Origin: Octopus vulgaris
Taxonomy: Eukaryota
Length of the DNA: 64,000 bases
Assembly (NCBI GenBank): GCA_951406725.2
Contig: OX597814.1
Coordinates: 157,294,001 to 157,358,000 of the forward strand
Reading direction: 5' to 3'
In this document: positions 57,245 through 64,000 of the stretch, piece by piece
How positions within the stretch are numbered: position 1 is the stretch's first letter
How the letters are laid out: each line of letters opens with the position of its first letter
Made by a program: the position numbers and the translations under genes
The notes under the pieces: generated by a model
Told to the model about the DNA's origin: nothing
Database searches by the model: none
What the model saw: the letters and a program-made list of their open reading frames with translations, nothing else

Positions 57245-59254
57245 ATATATGCATGTATATATGTATGTAATGAGGCGAACTCATTATTATTCGGTCGTTT
57301 GTTTCTAAAAATTGTCCCTTCAAATCGGAGAATAAATATCATTATGATATATATTATATACAGTTATTATACTATGAGCCTTCCATAATAGCTCGCAAAA
57401 TCTTTCGGGTTTGTTTATGAAAATATTATTTAAGTAGTATCAAGACATTTTAAGTATATATTGATTGGTGAGCGTTTGGCCAATCAGATTCTCATGGAAC
57501 CATGAAAGCATCGATTTGTGAGTTTGATTCAGCCTGAGGATAGCTCATCTTATTCAGTCATTTGTTTATATTTAAAAATTGTATTGGATGAATGCACACA
57601 CATGTATGAGTGGTACAGATTAGAGAGTGGAATAATCTGGTAAGAGCAAAGCAAGGGTGTGAATACATATAAGCATATAGAAACAAATGAGCAATTGAGC
57701 ACATGAGCAAATTGGCAAAAAACTAAATGGGTGTGCAGTTGCTAGTTCCTTACGGCCGTTGCTGCCAACAGGCAACGAAATCTTCCAGGTTATCTCCATC
57801 TTTTCAGTGTTATGCAGTGATGAACAGATAAGACTTGGATAATGGATGTGCCCCCTAGGCTTCTTCAGAGGGTCTAAGTGGTTGGCGGGGTAAGACATAT
57901 AAAAGTCAGTTAAGAATATCTAAGGTGTATTTATCTTTTTAAACTCGTTCACTAACCACGAAACAAATATCTCAACTACACTAGCAACTTACATCAATAG
58001 ACTAAAAATGAACAACAAACAATTCAATATGTATTGGTTTATAATAAGGGAAGCAAACATATAATACACGCACGAAGAATTACGATTTGTGCGGTCCACA
58101 TAATCCGAGCCAACAAAAATAGTTTACTCAATTAAATATCTGACGTTATAATTACCTGTACATACAAATATCTTCCAACGTTTAAATTTTTCAAGAATAA
58201 TTAAACTATAGGGTTCTAGTTTAGCCTTACTTCATATTATGGACTCTTCTAAAGCTTTATATTTTATACATAGCGTCGTAATATACCTTACATTATACAC
58301 TGTGTCGTAATATATTTTAACTTTCTATGCCCAAAAAGAATGGTCCGATCAAAGATTCGATTTTTGAAATCATTTAACCAAACATTTCTTTTAAAACTTT
58401 AACCATGTGATTCTATTAACTGCGATGAGAGAAATATAGAATATTACTACGGTTGGAGTTAGCTCGCCCATTGAAACCTATATCTTTTCGAAATGGCCGT
58501 AAGCCTTTATACATAGACTTTATACATGTTCCAGACTCCTTTACATCCGCTTCATCGCCCTTTTCATTGGGACTTCGCCAGTGCATTTATGGATTGACAC
58601 AGTTTTTATATATTTACATTTATGAATATTTATGCGTTTATAAATTTTTATCATGGCATGAATTTTTATATATTTATAAATTTTCGTGTATATGTATGAA
58701 TTTATGAATTCTTAGGAAATATTTATATATCATATAGATGAATGCATCTATGTATGCACTTTGTAAACCATGAAGAACTTCGTTAATACGGATTGAATGA
58801 ATATATACATTGGCCTTCGAATTTGTTTTCTCTTCTTAATTTTATATTCCTGAAGCTCTATCAGTGCAACTGAGGGACTTGATCTAAGATCATGGTGTGC
58901 TAGTAAAAAAACAATTGCAGCGTAGCAATTGTTTATAAGTCATTTGAAAACAAACGAAAACCGTTAGATTCAGTGTCAATGAAAAGGTCGCGGTTTCAAA
59001 GCGACGAAAATATTTTGACAAACAAAATTTAAATGTTGAAGTGAATCTAACGGTTTTTAATAATATGTTAATATATTAAGATATATTAAATACATTATAA
59101 TACAAGTGGCTCGTTAGGAATTAAAAGCCAATAGACATTAATAAATGGGGAAGCAAAATAGCACCGGTGTTGCTAGAAATAAGTGACAAAATCTAACACT
59201 GAAAGCCACTAAATGCACTGACCTCATAATATTTACGGGATTCGAGAACAGCAA

Positions 59255-60960
59255 GCTGAACTATCTTTCCCTTTTCTTGCTCATTATTCTTGTGAATTTG
59301 AGACTACAGTGTAGATTGTTAAGAGTGCTGAATTTTTCCGGATTTTCTACGAGTTTGGTCCAAATTCGGAAACAATCATCGAGGTATCTTTCCCATCTGC
59401 CCTCTATATGTCTTCTAAAGGTCATGCTGTAGTTTTCTGCAATTTCTTGATACAATGTTTGTCCCAAGTATCCCAATATTGAGTTCGCAAAATCTGGAGC
59501 AAATCACGTCCCCCATATCTCGATGATTGGTCCTAATTTGGACCAAATCCCTGCAAAATCTGGAAGAATTCAACACCCTCCGCCACAATCTACACCTTAG
59601 TCTTAAATTCACAAGGGAAATTAGTAACACACAATTACCACATCTTGGCATATTTGGTAATTAAAAACAGCAACATAATCACAACTAATATTTATTACAA
59701 AAGAGCAGATACACACCACTACCTAAATTTCACATCATGCCACCCAACACAAAGAAAACGCAACATTCCGTACAGTCTAGCTAGGAAAATGTGTATTATA
59801 GTAGATGATACAAATAGCAGCAACATACAACTTGTAGAACTGAAATTATTTCTGCTCAAGCAAAAACATCTACTCCGAGTTATAGAAAATAGCCTACAAC
59901 GAGCAAAAGAGATACCATTAGAACAACTGAGGACAACACGAGAAAGACGAAGTCAACAACGGAATACAATACCATTTCTAGTAACACAATTCGCATCACC
60001 AGAACATTTTTAACATCACCAAAAACAAATTTGCCAATCATGAAACAAAGTGAAAAATTTAAAAACACAATAAAGTATCAAACACTTATCTTTAAAAAAA
60101 GGCAATCCCATAGCCTAAAGAAACTATTAACAAAGGCAAAATTCATCATGAACAAACAGGTAGAAACATTCGCAATATCGCAGTAAATATAAGAGAGGTA
60201 AAACGTGTTAATACACGCATACTGGTAGATCCATTAGAACGTAAACATGGACAGGTTTTCACAAATGCAGATAAGGGCAGAAATTTGATCTACTATATTA
60301 AATGACATAATTGCGAGGAACTATCTATTAGCAAGACAGGGAACATATGTCGGAACGCTCACGAGTCAACAAATCCGGGACAGTAATGCTCGCAAAATGC
60401 CATTGAGCGAACATATAGAAACATGTAATCAGAAAATGTTTCTAATTTTTTCTTTCCACAAACTATGTCACGCAAGTGAAGTTGGAAGAAATATAAAAGA
60501 AAAACGTCTTATTAAAATGTTCAAACCTGTTCTGAACGGAAATAACAGCAATAATATAACAACCAGTTAATGATGTGGATTAAAAAATATCTTTAACATA
60601 TGAATATAAACAAATTACAGAACACCCACCTATTGAAATAAAAACCAGAGAAACATACTAATTTTGCTCACTAATAAAACTATTACATGTAAACTGCAAG
60701 CTAATTGGATAAAATAAAGGCGAGATCTATGCCAGTAATATCAGTGCGCCCGGAAAACCGTGACGTTTAAGCAGTTTTCTGATTGCTCGAAACTGTATTC
60801 CAAAAATCCAGCTAGTCAGAACCTTCTAAAAGGTATAAAGTTGTCAAGAACTCAGCTGTCAGTTAAATACATTTTGACATCTGATGATTACTACGAACGT
60901 ATGAAAGCGCTAATTGATCTTTATGAACACTACAATATATTTTTTTAATGTTTAACACAC
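59255..60960 (+). mobile_element. Degraded PLE, right-arm copy (RT end, GIY-YIG, tail)
   Basis: 59645-60013 homologous to the ORF at 13204; inverted RT piece MGYLGQTLYQE..RYLDDCF at 59261-59476. Confidence 0.85.
60878..60915 (+). ncRNA. Minimal hammerhead in the PLE tail
   Basis: cat-CTGATGA-ttac-tacgaac-gtat-GAAA-gcgc-TA-att; same position in the element as 14835; weak stem I. Confidence 0.6.
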
Positions 60961-61073
60961 TTCAACAGAGTGAAAAATTGCTTAAATACAATAATAAAAT
61001 ACGTGAAAACCAGACCATGTCGTAAGTTTATTCAACTGATATAATATTCTATACACATTTACAAAAATTCGGA

Positions 61074-61137
<64 letters not shown>

Positions 61138-61141
<4 letters not shown>

Positions 61142-61863
61142 GGACGTAACCAAAATTACCCGGAAAGATTCTCTGTAGGACGAACACTTTGCAGTTCAAA
61201 GCTTCCCCCACTAGAAGTCCACGTCGGCCGAAACAGTTGCCATGCTTCAAACAACTTCCAAGGACGTTGTTATGAGCAAAGCAGAAATTTAGTGTGGTTT
61301 TCACGCTTTAGGAATGGTCACTTGTCGCATGAAGACCCACCCCATTCAAGGTGAGCGTTGACCTTCCAAACGAATAAAAACAAAATGAAAATTCGTGAAC
61401 TGATTGTGGAGAAATGTCACCGAATAATTAACGAACAATTGACTACTGTATCCTGCCAAAGATTGTTGAACTAGGAATTACGAATGAAAACAGTTGTAGC
61501 AAGATCTGTGCCTTGCTTGCTCATGCAAGATCAAAAGCAGTCACGACTGAATGCGTATCATGAACTGAAAGAACAGCTGGAAGTTGATCCGGACCTTTTT
61601 TTCGAAGGTCATCAATGATGAGGAAAGCTGGTACTACGGAATTTAGAGGTGTGGAATTGAAGAAGAAAAAAAAACGACGGAGGTGTTTAAAAAAGTATCA
61701 CTTCGCAAGTGTTCCAGGCCTACTTCGAACAGTGGATAATATATCTGGACCGATGCATTGCTTCAAACGGAGGAAACTTTGAAGGTAGTGTAAGCGTAAA
61801 CATGTAAATCTAAGTGAATAAAATTATATTGCAAAATTCCAGTTCTTTAGGAGTATCCTTTCG
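61138..61863 (+). mobile_element. Internally deleted mariner transposon (right-arm mirror)
   Basis: Reverse complement of 45602-46436. Confidence 0.8.
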
Positions 61864-62729
61864 TATATGTATAAACATGTCATCCAATGTTTAGGATGTT
61901 ATACACTATACATCTGTACGACCAGAAAGAATTTAAAGGTCACCCTAAGAAAGTATCATTTATCAACTCAGACTATAATCTCCAACAGCTGATGGCTGTA
62001 GTGGCTGTACCTGCGGACCCGTTTATTTCAGACTCCATTGAAGAATCATAGCTTAGGTGAGATCGAACAAAGGAATGTAATACCAATCCTTCATATCTGC
62101 AGATTGAATAGCAAAATAAGTCCAACATCACCACACACACACCTCGATCCCCATATAACAATCATTCCTTCCTCTCTTCCCATCACCTTCCCTTCCTCCA
62201 CGCCAAATATACACAGAAATACCCACTTAACCAACCTTTGGATAAACAACCTTTGGTAAACATCCATGAACGGCATATCGCCTGAAAAATTGAATCCATG
62301 AAGTGTATCTACCCGATAAAGATCCACTTCATGAAGTACGGAGTGTGATCGTTAGACACGTGGGATGTATTCCCTCTCATGCACAGATTTTTTAATTAAT
62401 GTTTTAAACTAAACACTTTGAAACTTCGGATACTGGGAGAATGTGTCATGTAGAAAAGGGTTTAATCTTAACGTTTTTGACAAAATTTTGTATTTTAGAA
62501 GTTATTTCTTGTTAAATTGTCGTATTTGGGTAATTTTAACCAATCAATGACGTGTATCCACCTGAAGAAAATTATTGCTGCTGTTTGCCATCAACAACCT
62601 CCGGGTCAATAGACAAAACGATGTATCTTCGACAACAGAAAAATTTAAACTGAAAATCTCCCCTAACAGAACCCTTCTTTAATAACCGGAGATGTTATTA
62701 TAGCAACATATATGATAATGTGTGTGTTC

Positions 62730-62790
<61 letters not shown>

Positions 62791-63435
62791 CACACACACA
62801 CACATATATATATATACATACACACAAACATTAATAATAGGCAGAAATTACAGAGTGATGGCCAAATTCATGTTTGATAATTGTCAATACGTGAAACTCT
62901 TAGCATTTGACTTACTCTCTAAATTCTGCCGAAGTAAATGAGCTAAATATAAGCATATGTACGAACTGCTAATTTAACCGTAAATGCCACAATAATTCTC
63001 TATATATATAAAACTGAGAATGTGTCTGTCTGTCTGTCTGTCTGTTTTTTTGAATACCTAAAGTTTGAGAACTACACAACCAATTTCATTCAAATTTTAA
63101 ACATGCCTTACTTAGGGTCCATTGAACTTTTTACCTAGAGTGAGCCCACAGCAATATCATATCTTCTCCACTAGTCCAGTATTACGTGTCAAAAGTGAAA
63201 CAAAAACATCCCTCTATTGTAATGTCACATGATTTCCCTTTAATATACTTTCACTTTAATACTGAAACTATTAAATTGAAACTTTTATATAACAGGGATA
63301 AACTGGACATCCATTACGCTAGAAGATCCGCTATGGTCTTATATGCTACACAACTGGTTTTAAATTCATATTAATCAAATTGATATTCAATTTTTCACCC
63401 TAATTATCTTAAATTTAAATTGGCATGTAGATATA

Positions 63436-63509
<74 letters not shown>

Positions 63510-63564
63510 TATACATTTATACATTTATACATATAGATAGATAGATGTATATATATATGTATAC

Positions 63565-63609
<45 letters not shown>

Positions 63610-63629
63610 TGTATATATATATATATAAT

Positions 63630-64000
63630 ATTGCTCGGTTTTCAGCAATCCTGATATGACTGATCTGGGCTGTATCAGTGATGTTACTCCCCAATACACT
63701 TTATCGGACATAACCTTTGGCGCTCCTGATGTCTTAGCAGCAATAAAGGAAATGAAGCATAATTCAGCAGTAGGTCCCGATAGGTTCCCTGCTTGTGTCT
63801 TGAAGATGTCTCAACACCAACTTGCACCCCCTCTAGCCAATCTGTAGCGGAACTCACTGGATGCTGGATATATACCAGAAGACCTTCTATCCCAGTCTGT
63901 TGTCCCAGTTTTCAAAAAAGAAAAGAAATCGCTTGCCGTGAATTACCGTCCAATCTCACTTACCTCTCACATCATTAAGGTATTTGAGAGAGTGCTGAGA
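63630..64000 (+). mobile_element. CR1-group LINE (family B) fragment running off the window
   Basis: AVGPDRFPACVLK..LAPPLANL; [19 protein letters not shown]. Confidence 0.88.

Noticed and set aside
48454-58707. Mirrored 84-87 aa ORFs as a duplicated gene
   Set aside because: Non-ATG starts, low complexity, overlap a decayed HHR-like repeat; identity is explained by the palindrome

Overview
AT-rich animal genomic DNA. The SINE families and dense (TA)n tracts point to an octopus or related coleoid cephalopod (inference). Most of the window is transposon debris, much of it inserted in (TA)n tracts: Tx1/L1, R4/Dong-like, RTE, CR1-group LINEs, Penelope-like elements (PLEs), Tc1/mariner, Helitron-like elements and tRNA-derived SINEs. 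One host gene is reconstructable on the minus strand: three phase-compatible exons (36477-36831, 31026-31205, 27631-27881) encoding a 261-aa secreted PAN/Apple plus C-type lectin protein. Three things stand out. (1) A ~19.5 kb imperfect palindrome (arms ~43870-53380 and ~55381-63430) with patchy arm identity and arm-specific insertions. (2) About nine recognisable type I hammerhead ribozyme (HHR) motifs plus several degenerate ones in PLE-derived tails, often as inverted pairs in fold-back elements. (3) Two SINE/LINE shared-tail relationships. All alignments, folds and counts were done by eye.
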